Both the position numbers and the translations under genes were made by a program. Source: an uncultured Bdellovibrionales bacterium (GTDB taxonomy: Bacteria > Patescibacteriota > Minisyncoccia > Moranbacterales > UBA2206). Taken from it: a stretch of 64,000 nt of DNA. This document shows, one piece after another, positions 40,140 to 50,777 of this stretch (position 1 is its first letter; each line of letters begins with the position of its first letter). The notes beneath the pieces were generated by a model, which saw only the letters and a program-made list of their open reading frames with translations, made no database searches and had not been told where the DNA came from. The stretch spans positions 7,906 through 71,905 of the forward strand of contig CAYOTC010000002.1 in assembly GCA_964406815.1 (NCBI GenBank), in the 5' to 3' direction.

Positions 40140-40383
40140 GCCATGTTAGTAAGTCAATGTTTCTTTTTTAAAGCTAAAATTGATTGCTTTATTGACATAT
40201 TCAGAGTAGTCGGATATACTTCCTTTGAGGATTAATCATTAAGAAAATTCAATAGGAAATGCTTTAATTTCCATATTTTATAACCTTTTTGATTTTTCAA
40301 AGGTTTTTTGTTTTTCTAGGAGCGTGTCCCATTTAATAATTAAAAAGCAGTTTCATAGGGACAAAACTGCAAATTATAATAAA

Positions 40384-41652
40384 ATGAATCAAATGCTTGA
40401 TAATTTAGCGCGTGAAGTCGACCGGATTTCCGAAACAGGAGGAGTTTCTTCGGAGGAAAAAACTACCAAAAAAGAAGAAAAAGACGATATTCAATCGGAA
40501 AAACCTACTTCTTTGATGGGAAAATTGCTTAATCAAAATCCGATAAATTTCCCTCAAGTAGGAGAAACAATAATTGGAAAAGTGATCGAAATATCTTCCA
40601 ATGAAATATATTTGGATCTTGCTCCTTTCGGAACAGGAATAGTTTTAGGAAAGGAAATGAAAGACGGAATGGGGAGTAATCGCCTGAAGATTGGTGATGA
40701 AGTTACTGCTTCTGTTATCGAATTGGAAAATGAAGATGGATATATAGAACTTTCGATTAGAGAAGCTTCCAATGAAAAGGCTTGGGAAGATATTGAAGTG
40801 AAGCTTGATAATAAGGAAAAGGTTTCTACCAAGATTCTTAGCGCCAATAAAGGAGGGCTTCTTGTTGAAGTTAATGGAATAACCGGATTTTTGCCTGTTT
40901 CCCAACTTTCCAGTAAGAATTATCCGCGCGTGGAGGATGGAGATAAAAATAAAATTCTTAATTTGCTTAAGAAAATGGTCGGGACAGAAATGGAAGTGCG
41001 CATAATCGACGCTGATAAAGAAACAGAAAAGCTTATTGTTAGCGAAAAAGCGGCGATGAGCGAGAGAGAAAAGGAGGCAATTTCCAATTTCAATGTCGGA
41101 GATGTGATTTCTGGAGAAATCAGCGGAGTGGTTGATTTCGGAGCGTTTGTTAAATTTACTCCAAGAAATGATGATGGAAATGAGGATGAAGGCAAAGATA
41201 AATTGGAAGGATTGGTTCATATTTCCGAATTGGCTTGGCAATTAATCGAAGATCCACGCACAATCATCAAAGTTGGTGATAAAGTTGAAGCCAAAATTAT
41301 CGGAATTGATAATGAAAAAATTTCTCTTTCCATCAGAGCGTTGCAGAAAGATCCGTGGAGCGATATTGAGGAAAAATATAAGATTGGCGATATTGTTAAA
41401 GGAAAAGTGCACAAGATTAATCATTTCGGATGTTTTGTATATCTCGACAAAGATATCCACGGATTAGCTCATATTAGTGAAATGTCAGAAGCTTTTCCGG
41501 GAAAAAATCTCAATGATTTGGTGAAGGCTGATGAAGAATATGATTGGAAAATTCTTTCTATTGAAGCCAAGACTCACAGAATGGGTCTGGTGCTAGTGGA
41601 TAAAAAAGGAGAAAAGAAGGAAGATAAGAAAGGAGAAAAGAAAGAGAAATAA
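40384..41652 (+). CDS. rpsA: 30S ribosomal protein S1 (four S1 domains)
   Basis: NKGGLLV..GFLPVSQL, VDFGAFV, GLVHISEL, FGCFV..GLAHISE. Confidence 0.88.
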   Translation: MNQMLDNLAREVDRISETGGVSSEEKTTKKEEKDDIQSEKPTSLMGKLLNQNPINFPQVGETIIGKVIEISSNEIYLDLAPFGTGIVLGKEMKDGMGSNRLKIGDEVTASVIELENEDGYIELSIREASNEKAWEDIEVKLDNKEKVSTKILSANKGGLLVEVNGITGFLPVSQLSSKNYPRVEDGDKNKILNLLKKMVGTEMEVRIIDADKETEKLIVSEKAAMSEREKEAISNFNVGDVISGEISGVVDFGAFVKFTPRNDDGNEDEGKDKLEGLVHISELAWQLIEDPRTIIKVGDKVEAKIIGIDNEKISLSIRALQKDPWSDIEEKYKIGDIVKGKVHKINHFGCFVYLDKDIHGLAHISEMSEAFPGKNLNDLVKADEEYDWKILSIEAKTHRMGLVLVDKKGEKKEDKKGEKKEK

Positions 41653-41677
41653 TCTTCAGATTATATAGGGGTTTTTT

Positions 41678-41711
41678 ATGAGCCGCTCCGACTTTTGTCG
41701 GAGCGGCTCAT
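41678..41711. repeat. GC-rich palindrome with ccgac-tttt-gtcgg core downstream of rpsA
   Basis: atgagccgctccgac-tttt-gtcggagcggctcat. Confidence 0.7.
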
Positions 41712-41792
41712 GTTGTCTCTATTAAAATATTTTCAAATTAGTTATAATGAAGTAAACAAAATCTTAAAAAAATAATTTCAAAAAATAATAAA

Positions 41793-42344
41793 ATGGGAAA
41801 AATTTTCATCATCTCCGGTTCATCCGGTTCCGGCAAAGACGCTTTAATGAAAAGATTGAAAGAAAAAATTGATTTTGACAGGATAATCACCACAACTACT
41901 CGCGAAATAAGACCTGAGGACAAAGAAGGTAGTACTTATTATTTCATCAGCAAAGAAGAATTTGAAAAAGGCATTAAGGAAAATCGTTTTTTTGAATATG
42001 CCTTGCAAGATCGCGGAAATTATTATGGCGGAACTTATTCCGAACTTGAAAGAGTGAAGAAAAGCCCAAAGCCGGTTCTTTGGAAACTTGATTATAAAGG
42101 AGTAATCACGGCCAAAAAATTAATGCCGGAAGCTAAATCTATTTTTATCCATATCCCGCTTGAACTAAAAAAAGACAGGCTTCGTAAGCGAGGAGAAAGT
42201 GAAGAGATGATTGAAAAACGTCTCGAATATGATAAAGGATGGTATGAGAATGAGAATATTTTCGATTACAAAATTACGAATGAAGAAGGGAAGCTGGATG
42301 AAGCGGTGGAAAAATTTTTAGGAATCATTAAAGAGAACCTTTAG
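41793..42344 (+). CDS. gmk: Guanylate kinase
   Basis: SGSSGSGKD, TTTREIRPED..YYFIS, NYYG. Confidence 0.9.
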   Translation: MGKIFIISGSSGSGKDALMKRLKEKIDFDRIITTTTREIRPEDKEGSTYYFISKEEFEKGIKENRFFEYALQDRGNYYGGTYSELERVKKSPKPVLWKLDYKGVITAKKLMPEAKSIFIHIPLELKKDRLRKRGESEEMIEKRLEYDKGWYENENIFDYKITNEEGKLDEAVEKFLGIIKENL

Positions 42345-42414
42345 AATATCTTTTGAAAAAAGTAAAAAGCCAAGTTTATGTAATAATAAATTTGGCTTTT
42401 ATTTTGCGAAGGTA

Positions 42415-42963
42415 CTAGAAGCTGAACTTCAGTGCTAACTTACTTCCAGAATCATAATATGCGCCCCAGACAGTAAGCTTGGTATTGGGAATATCGATTT
42501 CAACAAGAGGTGCAGCATCAAGGCCTTTTTCCAAAAGAGTACCAACTCTGAAACCTTTTTTTACATTGATTGTCGACTTTACCTTCCACCAAGTATCTTT
42601 ACTATCGGCTCCTCTTTCATAGAAAGCTATGACTGAACCGACTTTATTTCCCATCCAGAGCGAGCTTGCATAACGGACTGGACTGCCGGACTCGACACTT
42701 TGCACGCCGATCGAAGCGGACAGTGAAAGCCAAGACTTTGGTGACCAGTTCGGACCAATATAGGCTTCTGACCAATACTTATTTGTCTGGAAATACCCGG
42801 ACCAACCGAAACTGCCTTTTACTTGTCCATCGACGTATCCAATAAGAGTGTGGATAGTTTCGGCTTTCCTAAATGTTGCCCGTTCTTCTACAAATCCTCC
42901 AGCTAATACGTTAGAAGACATCATAACTATTACCATAACTATAATTGCTGTATATTTCTTCAT
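42415..42963 (-). CDS. Secreted protein with outer-membrane beta-barrel-like pattern
   Basis: Signal peptide (VLA-G), alternating aromatic/hydrophobic strands, ends in KLALKFSF. Confidence 0.55.
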   Translation of the reverse strand: MKKYTAIIVMVIVMMSSNVLAGGFVEERATFRKAETIHTLIGYVDGQVKGSFGWSGYFQTNKYWSEAYIGPNWSPKSWLSLSASIGVQSVESGSPVRYASSLWMGNKVGSVIAFYERGADSKDTWWKVKSTINVKKGFRVGTLLEKGLDAAPLVEIDIPNTKLTVWGAYYDSGSKLALKFSF

Positions 42964-43167
42964 ATTATCTCCTTCGGCCGATGGCCTATATATAATGTAG
43001 TGGTTTTAATCCCTCTGTTTTTAATGTTCTGTTGTTACGAGTTTTTATTTCTTTTCGTTATTTCATCGTAACAAGCTATTATATCTCAAAATTGGCAAAA
43101 TGTCAATTTAACTCCAATAAATATCAATAAAAATATAAAATAAATCTTTTATTAAGCTATATAATTG

Positions 43168-43198
43168 TGTTGACATAGTTTCAACAACAGAGTATAAT
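43168..43198 (+). promoter_or_regulatory. Perfect TTGACA-17-TATAAT promoter overlapped by palindrome TGTTGA-N7-TCAACA
   Basis: Direct reading; the ATG is only 8 nt after the -10 box. Confidence 0.75.
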
Positions 43199-43206
43199 AT
43201 AGGCAT

Positions 43207-43986
43207 ATGGTAGAAGAAATACTAAAAGAATTAGGTTTTAATGAAAAAGAAGTCCAGGTTTATCTGGAGGCTTTAAAGTTGGGACGAACCACACCGGCCA
43301 GAATATCCAAAAACACTGGAATTAATCGGTCCACTGTCTATAGTGTGGTTAAAAATCTTATAAAAAAAGGTGTAATTGCCGAAGATATCGGGGGAAAATT
43401 TGATTATGTTGTAGCTTTGCCGCCGGATAGTTTAGAGAAAATCCTGGATGAAAAGAAAAGACAGCTCAAAAAAGAGAGCGGTTTGGTGGAAAAAGCCATT
43501 GATGAGTTGGAAAAACTGCCTTCCGGCATAAAATTCTCCATTCCCAAGATTCGTTTTGTGGAAGAGTTGGATATTGAGGATTTTATGATAAAGGAATCGG
43601 ATAAATGGAATGAAAGCATAAAAAGTACGGATGGTATTTGGTGGGGCTTTCAAGATCCGACTTTTGTGGAAAATTATCAAAAATGGCTGAAGATTTATTA
43701 TAGTTTGAATTCCACTGTTGGATTAAAGGTCAATCTTCTATCAACCAAGTCTGAAATTGAAAATAAAATGGAGCAGTGGAAAGAAGAAAGGCGGAAAATC
43801 CGCTTTTGGAAAGATAATATTGATTTCACTTCAACTTTGTGGGCGATTGGGAATTATACGATTATAATCCAGACCAATGAGCGGCCATTCTATCTAATTG
43901 AAATCTATAATCCGGAACTGACGCATAATCTTCGAGAAATGTTTCGCGGGATTTGGGAGAATATGGATAAGATAGTGGAAAATTAG
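43207..43986 (+). CDS. TrmB-family transcriptional regulator
   Basis: LKELGFNEKEVQVYLEAL..wHTH (INRSTVY..LIKKG), followed by a C-terminal effector domain. Confidence 0.85.
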   Translation: MVEEILKELGFNEKEVQVYLEALKLGRTTPARISKNTGINRSTVYSVVKNLIKKGVIAEDIGGKFDYVVALPPDSLEKILDEKKRQLKKESGLVEKAIDELEKLPSGIKFSIPKIRFVEELDIEDFMIKESDKWNESIKSTDGIWWGFQDPTFVENYQKWLKIYYSLNSTVGLKVNLLSTKSEIENKMEQWKEERRKIRFWKDNIDFTSTLWAIGNYTIIIQTNERPFYLIEIYNPELTHNLREMFRGIWENMDKIVEN

Positions 43987-44011
43987 AAGCATATTTATTT
44001 TTGGGAAAATC

Positions 44012-44046
44012 AAAAAGGCAACTGCCACGATGGGTAGTTGCCTTTT
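44012..44046. terminator. Bidirectional terminator
   Basis: aaaaggcaactgcc-acgat-gggtagttgcctttt. Confidence 0.7.
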
Positions 44047-44090
44047 AGCCATCTGCGCGAGCTTTTTTCGGTATAAATACCGAAAAAGTT

Positions 44091-44921
44091 TTATTTTATG
44101 GCTAGATTTGACAAATATTGTTGATAGGCTTTTTCGTCGTGCAAATGCACCCAGTCCCGGCCTAATTGATATCCATAAAGCTCACCTTGTTCGGATAATG
44201 TTGGAAAAATATCATATTCCATTGATAAATTAGACTTCTTGGCCAAGGCCAAAACTCCCGGCTCAAGAAAATATACTCCACCGCTCGATAAATGTGATAC
44301 TTTCTCTTCAGATCCAGGCTTTTCCTTAAAACTGACGATCCTTGGTCCTTTCATAATAATCGAACTAAGTCTGGTTGTATCATCCACATCAGCCACGCTG
44401 ATTGTCGCAAGAGCGCCTTGCCGCTTATGATAATTGTACATGTCTTCGATATCGATTTTATCCAGAAGAATGTCACCGTTCATCATTAGGAATGTTTCTT
44501 TGAAATGTTTTTTCAAATGTACAAACATCCCAGCTGTGCCACCTTCCCCTTCTTCATAATATTGGATTCCTATACCAATCTTTTCTCCATTTCCAATCAC
44601 ATTATTAATATCATGAATCCATTCACGGGCTGAGATAATAACCTCGCTAACACCAAATGATTTTAATGTTTCAAGGTTTTTTTCCAAAAGAGTCGTTTTT
44701 CCAATCGGCAGTAAAACCTTGGCGATAGTCTTATTATTCAATTCTACTCCTTGTCCACCGGCCAAAATTACAGCCTTATTAAGAATATGATGCTTGAAAT
44801 GTTTTAGGACTATGGTTTCGATAGCATTAGACCGATTTCGCACTGTTTCACCGTCAATGATGGTATCAATCTTATTGATTACATCATTTCGAATAGTAAT
44901 AGTAATTCTTTCGCGTCGCAT
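44091..44921 (-). CDS. Nucleotidyltransferase-like protein with N-terminal RHH (CopG) domain
   Basis: RERITITI..DVINKID...NRSNAIE, then KAVILAGGQG, GTAG, MNGDIL, FKEKP. Confidence 0.8.
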   Translation of the reverse strand: MRRERITITIRNDVINKIDTIIDGETVRNRSNAIETIVLKHFKHHILNKAVILAGGQGVELNNKTIAKVLLPIGKTTLLEKNLETLKSFGVSEVIISAREWIHDINNVIGNGEKIGIGIQYYEEGEGGTAGMFVHLKKHFKETFLMMNGDILLDKIDIEDMYNYHKRQGALATISVADVDDTTRLSSIIMKGPRIVSFKEKPGSEEKVSHLSSGGVYFLEPGVLALAKKSNLSMEYDIFPTLSEQGELYGYQLGRDWVHLHDEKAYQQYLSNLAIK

Positions 44922-45082
44922 ATTAATATATATTATCTAGAATTAGATAATCATATTATATCATACTTTAAAAGGGCATTTTAGGGGGGGTTGACAAAAT
45001 ATTAATAGTATGATAGTATCATACGTTAAGTTCTTTAACAATTTATCGACGTTTATAAACCTAAAATAAAAAGGAGAAAAAT

Positions 45083-45430
45083 ATGGATTTATTAATAATC
45101 AGCATTCCGGCTATTGTTTCTGCTTTTATAGCGATAATAGTAGGGTATTTAACGGGTGGATTAGACGCAGTTCTTTCGCTATCAGTCTATATGGGACTAT
45201 TGTATCTTTTTTCGCAGATACAGTTAGGTATGTGTTCGTATGCATCAATACGATTTCCTAAGATCAAATGGCTTTTATTCTTGATTTCATTTTGCATTAT
45301 GTTTTTGGGGAATCACAATGAAAAAGTTGTTTCGGCATTTTCTTCAATGTCGATAATAAGCCTGGTTATTTTCCAGTTATCCCTATTTGTATTTGGATTT
45401 TTCATTGCAATGACGATAGATTACTTCTGA
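45083..45430 (+). CDS. Small membrane protein
   Basis: Strong SD (aaggag); four hydrophobic segments. Confidence 0.6.
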   Translation: MDLLIISIPAIVSAFIAIIVGYLTGGLDAVLSLSVYMGLLYLFSQIQLGMCSYASIRFPKIKWLLFLISFCIMFLGNHNEKVVSAFSSMSIISLVIFQLSLFVFGFFIAMTIDYF

Positions 45431-45448
45431 TAAAAAAGGAGAACAAAA

Positions 45449-45784
45449 ATGGTTTCATATATGGAAATTTTATATTGGGTTGGATTAGCTTTATTGGTAG
45501 TAGCAGTATTAAAAGTCGGTGCTATAAAAAATAGCAACAATATAAACCTATTCTTTATTATAACTTTAATAATGGCGGGAGGATTGTGTTATTCGATTGG
45601 TGCTAAATATCAAAAAGCCAATGAATTCTACAGCATATTGGCAGAGGAGGTTGATTTGAAACAGGTTTCAGCGCATGGAATTAGTACATTTCGTATGCAG
45701 GTGGATCTGGTTTATGAGAATGGGAAATTGAGAAAACTTTTCTTGGTTCCTAAAACAACTACAAAATTAACAGTAGCTAAATAG
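45449..45784 (+). CDS. Small membrane protein
   Basis: SD aaggag; two TMs plus a short soluble tail. Confidence 0.6.
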   Translation: MVSYMEILYWVGLALLVVAVLKVGAIKNSNNINLFFIITLIMAGGLCYSIGAKYQKANEFYSILAEEVDLKQVSAHGISTFRMQVDLVYENGKLRKLFLVPKTTTKLTVAK

Positions 45785-45863
45785 GACTGCTGGAGGAGAA
45801 AATCCAAAAAAGAAGCCGTTGCAACATTCTGCAGTGGCTTCTTATAAGAAAAAAGGAGAAAAA

Positions 45864-46226
45864 ATGGGAGATAAAACAAAAATTATGACTATTGTTGTAA
45901 TAATAGCAATAATAATGTTGCTATTGTCGGGTGAAAAGGCGTTGTCTGCTCTAGCAGTGATGTCTCCTCGTTCAATGCTGGTTTTTTTCATTACTCAGAT
46001 ATTTCTTAGTGTGGGGTACTACGTATTATTTTCCCATAATAGAAATCTCTGGTCCTTGATTTTATTCATTATGGTTTTTTTGATATCAGCCATAATGAAG
46101 TCCGTAACAGGAGCAAGGATAATAATGAACTCTCTACCGTTATGGGTAGATTTGGGGTTTAATAGTTCAATAAATATGATAGGCGTTCTTATCGCCTATT
46201 GTGCAGATTGGCCAAGGGGAAGGTGA
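45864..46226 (+). CDS. Small membrane protein
   Basis: SD aaggag before MGDKTK; four TMs; terminator hairpin follows. Confidence 0.6.
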   Translation: MGDKTKIMTIVVIIAIIMLLLSGEKALSALAVMSPRSMLVFFITQIFLSVGYYVLFSHNRNLWSLILFIMVFLISAIMKSVTGARIIMNSLPLWVDLGFNSSINMIGVLIAYCADWPRGR

Positions 46227-46336
46227 TTAAATGAATGGCGCTGAAGTAGAATACTTCAGCGCCTCTTTTATTCTTAGATTCGAATTTCATATTGATTTTT
46301 ATCCTATTTTAGTGTAAGCTAGAGCAACTTAATGAT

Positions 46337-47293
46337 ATGAAAAATCTGGTTAAAACAATCCAAAATACGGTTTTTCGGCAGGAGATTTTTGCGCGCAAAG
46401 GCAAAATTATCCTGGCGGTTTCGGGCGGACCGGACAGCGTTTTTATGTTGGATATTTTCTCTAAATTAAAGCCTAAATATGGTTTGGAACTGGCGATTGC
46501 TCATGTTAATTATGGGCTTCGCGGGCCGGAAAGCGACAAAGATGAAGCATTTGTGCGGAAATTGGCGGAAAAATATAATATTCCAGTTTTTGTATTAAAT
46601 CCTAGGGTCAAAGAAAAAAGCAATCTGGAAAACAAACTGCGAGATATCCGATATGATTTTTTTGAAAAAGTGCGCCGGGATAATAAATTTAACCATATTT
46701 CAGTTGCGCACAATTTGGATGATCAAGTGGAAACATTTCTAATGAGGCTTATTCGCGGATCGGGAATGGCCGGACTTTCGGGAATGCAGTTTAAAAACGG
46801 CAAGATTATCCGGCCGATTTTGGAAATTACCCGCCAGGAAATAATGGATTATCTGAAATTAAATAAATTAAAATATAGGATTGATAAGACTAATCTAGAA
46901 ACGGTATTTTTTCGGAACAAAATCAGGCTCAATCTTATTCCTTTCTTAGAAAAAAAATTCAATCCGAACATCAAAGATACACTTTTTAAATCCAGTCGAT
47001 CAATTGCGCAGGATTATGATTTGATTTCGGAAATTTCGAAAAAAACCATTAACAATAAAAATAATGAATTAAGTGTGAAAAAAATCCTGAAACTTGCGCC
47101 GTCCTTGCAAAAAATGGCTCTTCGCGAGGTAATACTCCAGAGAAAATCCAATCTAAAAAATATCGACGCCGCCCATATTGAAGAAATTTTGAAAGCTTTG
47201 AAAAGCTCTAAGGGAAAAAATCAAGTCGTTTCTTTCCAAGGATTGAAAATGAAGAGAAAGGGTGATAAGATAAATCTAGAAATAATAAAATAG
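46337..47293 (+). CDS. tilS: tRNA(Ile)-lysidine synthetase
   Basis: AVSGGPDS, HVNYGLRG, AHNLDDQVET, IRPIL, RNKIR. Confidence 0.95.
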   Translation: MKNLVKTIQNTVFRQEIFARKGKIILAVSGGPDSVFMLDIFSKLKPKYGLELAIAHVNYGLRGPESDKDEAFVRKLAEKYNIPVFVLNPRVKEKSNLENKLRDIRYDFFEKVRRDNKFNHISVAHNLDDQVETFLMRLIRGSGMAGLSGMQFKNGKIIRPILEITRQEIMDYLKLNKLKYRIDKTNLETVFFRNKIRLNLIPFLEKKFNPNIKDTLFKSSRSIAQDYDLISEISKKTINNKNNELSVKKILKLAPSLQKMALREVILQRKSNLKNIDAAHIEEILKALKSSKGKNQVVSFQGLKMKRKGDKINLEIIK

Positions 47294-47331
47294 AGAAAAG
47301 TTTTAAATAACATTTAAATATATCAAATATA

Positions 47332-49218
47332 ATGAAGAATTTAGTCAAAAATTTAGGTCTGGTTCTGTTGGTTTTTCTTTTTATTTCTGGAATTTTCGTG
47401 CTTTATGGAGCGCCAGAAAAAAAACCGGAACAAATTTCTCTTTCCACTCTGGTTTCCCAGGTGAATGAAGGGCGGGTAAAAACTATCACAGTTAAGAATG
47501 AAAATCTCGAAATTTTGCTTAATGACGGAACGAAAGAGAAGTCTATCAAGGAAGCCGAGTCTGGAATCACGGAAACTTTGAAAAATTATGGCGTCAATCA
47601 GGAAAGATTGAACGGAGTCGGAATCGAAGTCAAGACGGATTCTTCTTTTTCTCTTTGGATGGGAGCCATTTTGCCATTCCTTTTGCCGTTCCTTCTTATT
47701 GCCGGCTTTATCTGGTTTATGCTCAGACAGGCACAAAGAGGAAATAATCAGGCGATGTCGTTTGGATCTTCCCGGGCCAGAATGTTTGATCCGAAAGATA
47801 AGAAGAACCGGATAACCTTCAAGGATGTGGCCGGAGCCAAGGAAGCCAAGGAAGAACTTTATGAAATAGTGGAGTTTTTGCGCAGTCCCAAGAAATTTTT
47901 GGGGCTTGGGGCAAAAATCCCCAAAGGTGTTTTGCTCTTAGGTAATCCGGGAACCGGAAAAACTTTAATCGCTCGGGCGGTGGCTGGTGAAGCTAATGTT
48001 CCATTTTTCAATATTTCCGGATCGGAATTTGTGGAAATGTTTGTGGGAGTCGGAGCGTCGCGTGTGAGAGATCTTTTTAAACAAGCCAAGAAAAATGCTC
48101 CTTCCATTGTTTTTATCGATGAGATTGATGCAGTCGGACGGCACAGAGGTGCAGGACTTGGAGGTGGACATGATGAAAGAGAGCAGACTTTGAATCAAAT
48201 CTTGGTTGAAATGGACGGATTTGAAACTGGAACGAATGTAATTGTAATTGCGGCGACTAATCGTCCGGATGTTTTGGACCCGGCACTTTTGCGACCGGGA
48301 CGGTTTGACCGGCGAGTAGTTATGGATCTTCCGGATATTGAAGAGCGACTTTCTATTCTAAGTATTCATTCGAAAAATAAACCGATTGCAAAAGGAGTTG
48401 AAATGAAAACTATTGCGCAAAGGACGCCGGGATTTTCCGGAGCAGATCTTTCCAACCTTCTTAATGAGGCGGCAATTTTGGCAGCCAGAAGGAATAAAAA
48501 AATTATTGAGATGTCAGAACTTACTGAGGCAATCGAAAAAGTAATTTTGGGTCCAGAGAGAAAAAGTCGAAGAATTGATGAGGATGAGAAAAAAATCGTA
48601 GCTTATCACGAGGCGGGGCATGCAATAGTAGCAGCAAGCCTTAAAAATGCCGATCCGGTGCAAAAAGTTTCCATAATTTCTCGCGGGTCAGCCGGCGGAT
48701 ATACTTTGTCTGCTCCGACTAAAGACAAGATGCTTCACTCAAGAGGATATTTTATCGATGAACTTTCTGTTCTTTTGGGGGGATACATAAGTGAGAAAGT
48801 TACTTTTGGCGATGTAACAACCGGCGCTTCGAATGATTTGGAAAGGGCTACGAATATTGCTCGAAAACTCGTGACTCGTTATGGAATGAGCGAACTTGGT
48901 CCGCGGACATATGGCCATAAAGAAGATATGGTTTTCTTGGGGAAAGAAATGCATGAAGAAAAAAATTATTCCGAAGAAACAGCGCGACAAATTGACAATC
49001 AAGTTTCTAAATTTATCAGCGATGCTTATGTGGTGACGGAAAAAATAATAGTTGATAAAAAAATAGTTTTGGACAAGATTTCAAATGTTCTTCTTGAAAA
49101 AGAGACCATAGAACAAAAAGAGTTTAATGAAATTGTCGGAATAAAAAATGAAAATAAGAATACTGACGATATTGTAAAGGAAGAAGTTGAAAATAAATCA
49201 GAAAAGACTATTGAATAA
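47332..49218 (+). CDS. ftsH: ATP-dependent zinc metalloprotease FtsH
   Basis: Two TMs, [17 protein letters not shown] motif, HEAGH. Confidence 0.98.
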   Translation: MKNLVKNLGLVLLVFLFISGIFVLYGAPEKKPEQISLSTLVSQVNEGRVKTITVKNENLEILLNDGTKEKSIKEAESGITETLKNYGVNQERLNGVGIEVKTDSSFSLWMGAILPFLLPFLLIAGFIWFMLRQAQRGNNQAMSFGSSRARMFDPKDKKNRITFKDVAGAKEAKEELYEIVEFLRSPKKFLGLGAKIPKGVLLLGNPGTGKTLIARAVAGEANVPFFNISGSEFVEMFVGVGASRVRDLFKQAKKNAPSIVFIDEIDAVGRHRGAGLGGGHDEREQTLNQILVEMDGFETGTNVIVIAATNRPDVLDPALLRPGRFDRRVVMDLPDIEERLSILSIHSKNKPIAKGVEMKTIAQRTPGFSGADLSNLLNEAAILAARRNKKIIEMSELTEAIEKVILGPERKSRRIDEDEKKIVAYHEAGHAIVAASLKNADPVQKVSIISRGSAGGYTLSAPTKDKMLHSRGYFIDELSVLLGGYISEKVTFGDVTTGASNDLERATNIARKLVTRYGMSELGPRTYGHKEDMVFLGKEMHEEKNYSEETARQIDNQVSKFISDAYVVTEKIIVDKKIVLDKISNVLLEKETIEQKEFNEIVGIKNENKNTDDIVKEEVENKSEKTIE

Positions 49219-49245
49219 AAATAATTTATAAATCTAGGTGAAAAT

Positions 49246-50259
49246 ATGTTACAGATAGATTACACCGGTCTTATAAAAAAATCATGGCTAGTCACTTGGA
49301 AAAACCGTTTCTTGTGGAAATTCGGAGGGATTTTGGCTTTGACTGGACTTTTGGGAAATTTTTCAAGAGTTAGTGATATTTCAAAAGACGATAAAATTTA
49401 TTCCACTCATCAAGATGCGATTATGAATTTTGTTCAAGCCAATCTTGGCTGGATAATTATCGCCGGGATAGTTTTTTTTGTTGTTTATTTGGCAATTGCA
49501 GTCTTGGCTATTTTGGCTCAAGCAGGGTTGATTGATTCTTTGAAAAAAGTTTTAGTCGGAGAAAAAACTTCTTTTTTATCCGGAATGAAAACAGGAAAAG
49601 CTTTTTTTTGGAAAATGTTGGGAATGAAAGTTATAATTGGCATTGCGACATTTTTTTCTATTCTGATTTTGGTTATCCCGATAATTATTTTGATTTATTA
49701 CGGAGATGTCGTTGCTTCCATAATTCTTGGAATTATTGCACTAGTCATTATTGTCTCAATCATTGTCATTGGATCTTTTTTGAATAATTTTGGACAGATG
49801 TATTTGGTTTTAGGAAATATCGGAATTTTGTCGGCTTTTGAAAATTCTTATGCGCTTTTCAGAAGATATCTTTCTAATAATATTCTTCTTCTTCTTATTT
49901 TTATTCCGATTGGAATAGCAGTTTCTTTTATTTATATTTTGGCGGTTATGGTTATTGCGGCTATTTTTACTCCGATTGGAGCGCTGACATATTATTTAGT
50001 TGGAAAAACCGGAATAATGATTATAGCAGTTTTAGGCGGACTGATTGCGCTTCTGGTCTTATGGGTCGTGCAATCGATTTTTCAGGTTTTTTTACAATCT
50101 TTGTGGATGCTTTATTTTTATGAGATTGCCAAGGAGCAGAAAAAAGAATTAGCAGAAAATCTGATAAAAGAACTTAAATTGAAAGAAGGGGGGATTTCTG
50201 AAACCGATCCGGTTATGCGTATAGAAAATAAGGCTGAAATAGAAGATGATGCGAAGTGA
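49246..50259 (+). CDS. Polytopic membrane protein of unknown function
   Basis: About 7 TMs; W..TWKN.FLW.FG N-terminal motif. Confidence 0.65.
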   Translation: MLQIDYTGLIKKSWLVTWKNRFLWKFGGILALTGLLGNFSRVSDISKDDKIYSTHQDAIMNFVQANLGWIIIAGIVFFVVYLAIAVLAILAQAGLIDSLKKVLVGEKTSFLSGMKTGKAFFWKMLGMKVIIGIATFFSILILVIPIIILIYYGDVVASIILGIIALVIIVSIIVIGSFLNNFGQMYLVLGNIGILSAFENSYALFRRYLSNNILLLLIFIPIGIAVSFIYILAVMVIAAIFTPIGALTYYLVGKTGIMIIAVLGGLIALLVLWVVQSIFQVFLQSLWMLYFYEIAKEQKKELAENLIKELKLKEGGISETDPVMRIENKAEIEDDAK

Positions 50260-50314
50260 TTGACTAGGCGGGAATTTTAAAATAAGATAAGAAAGTGTTT
50301 TAAAATTTGATTTT

Positions 50315-50389
50315 GGTCGCTTAGCTCAGTTTGGTTAGAGCGTCACATTGACATTGTGAAGGTCAGTGGTTCGAGTCCACTAGTGACCA
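50315..50389 (+). tRNA. tRNA-Val(GAC)
   Basis: GGTCGCT/AGTGACC-A; TCACA-TT-GAC-AT-TGTGA; GTTCGAGT. Confidence 0.95.
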
Positions 50390-50432
50390 CTAGTCAGTTT
50401 ATAAAGTTAAAAGTTCATAAAGTTGGAAGATT

Positions 50433-50777
50433 ATGAAAGCTGAAAGGTTTGAAGATTTATTATTTTGGAAAAAGGCGGAGCAATTAGTGTTATTCATTTA
50501 TAAAGAATTTGGAAAATGCAAGGATTATTCTTTTTGTGATCAAATTAGGCGTGCGAGTGTTTCAGTTATGAATAACATTGCTGAAGGATTCGAAAGAAAA
50601 TCCAATAATGATTTTAAGAATTTCCTTTTTATTGCTAAAGGGTCATGCGGGGAAGTCAGATCTATGCTGTATTTAGCTTTAGAGTTAAAATATATTAATG
50701 AAAGAGAATATAAAGAGTTAAATTTTTTAGCAACAGAAATATCAAAAATGATTTCTGGATTCATAAAGACTTTGTGA
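50433..50777 (+). CDS. Four-helix-bundle protein (23S rRNA IVP / Avd-like family)
   Basis: FEDL..WKKA, DQIRRASVSVMNNIAEGFER, FLFIAKGSCGEVRS. Confidence 0.92.
   Translation: MKAERFEDLLFWKKAEQLVLFIYKEFGKCKDYSFCDQIRRASVSVMNNIAEGFERKSNNDFKNFLFIAKGSCGEVRSMLYLALELKYINEREYKELNFLATEISKMISGFIKTL

Noticed and set aside
50433-50777. Avd-like gene suggesting a diversity-generating retroelement
   Set aside because: No reverse transcriptase and no TR/VR pair with adenine-specific mismatches seen in the window.
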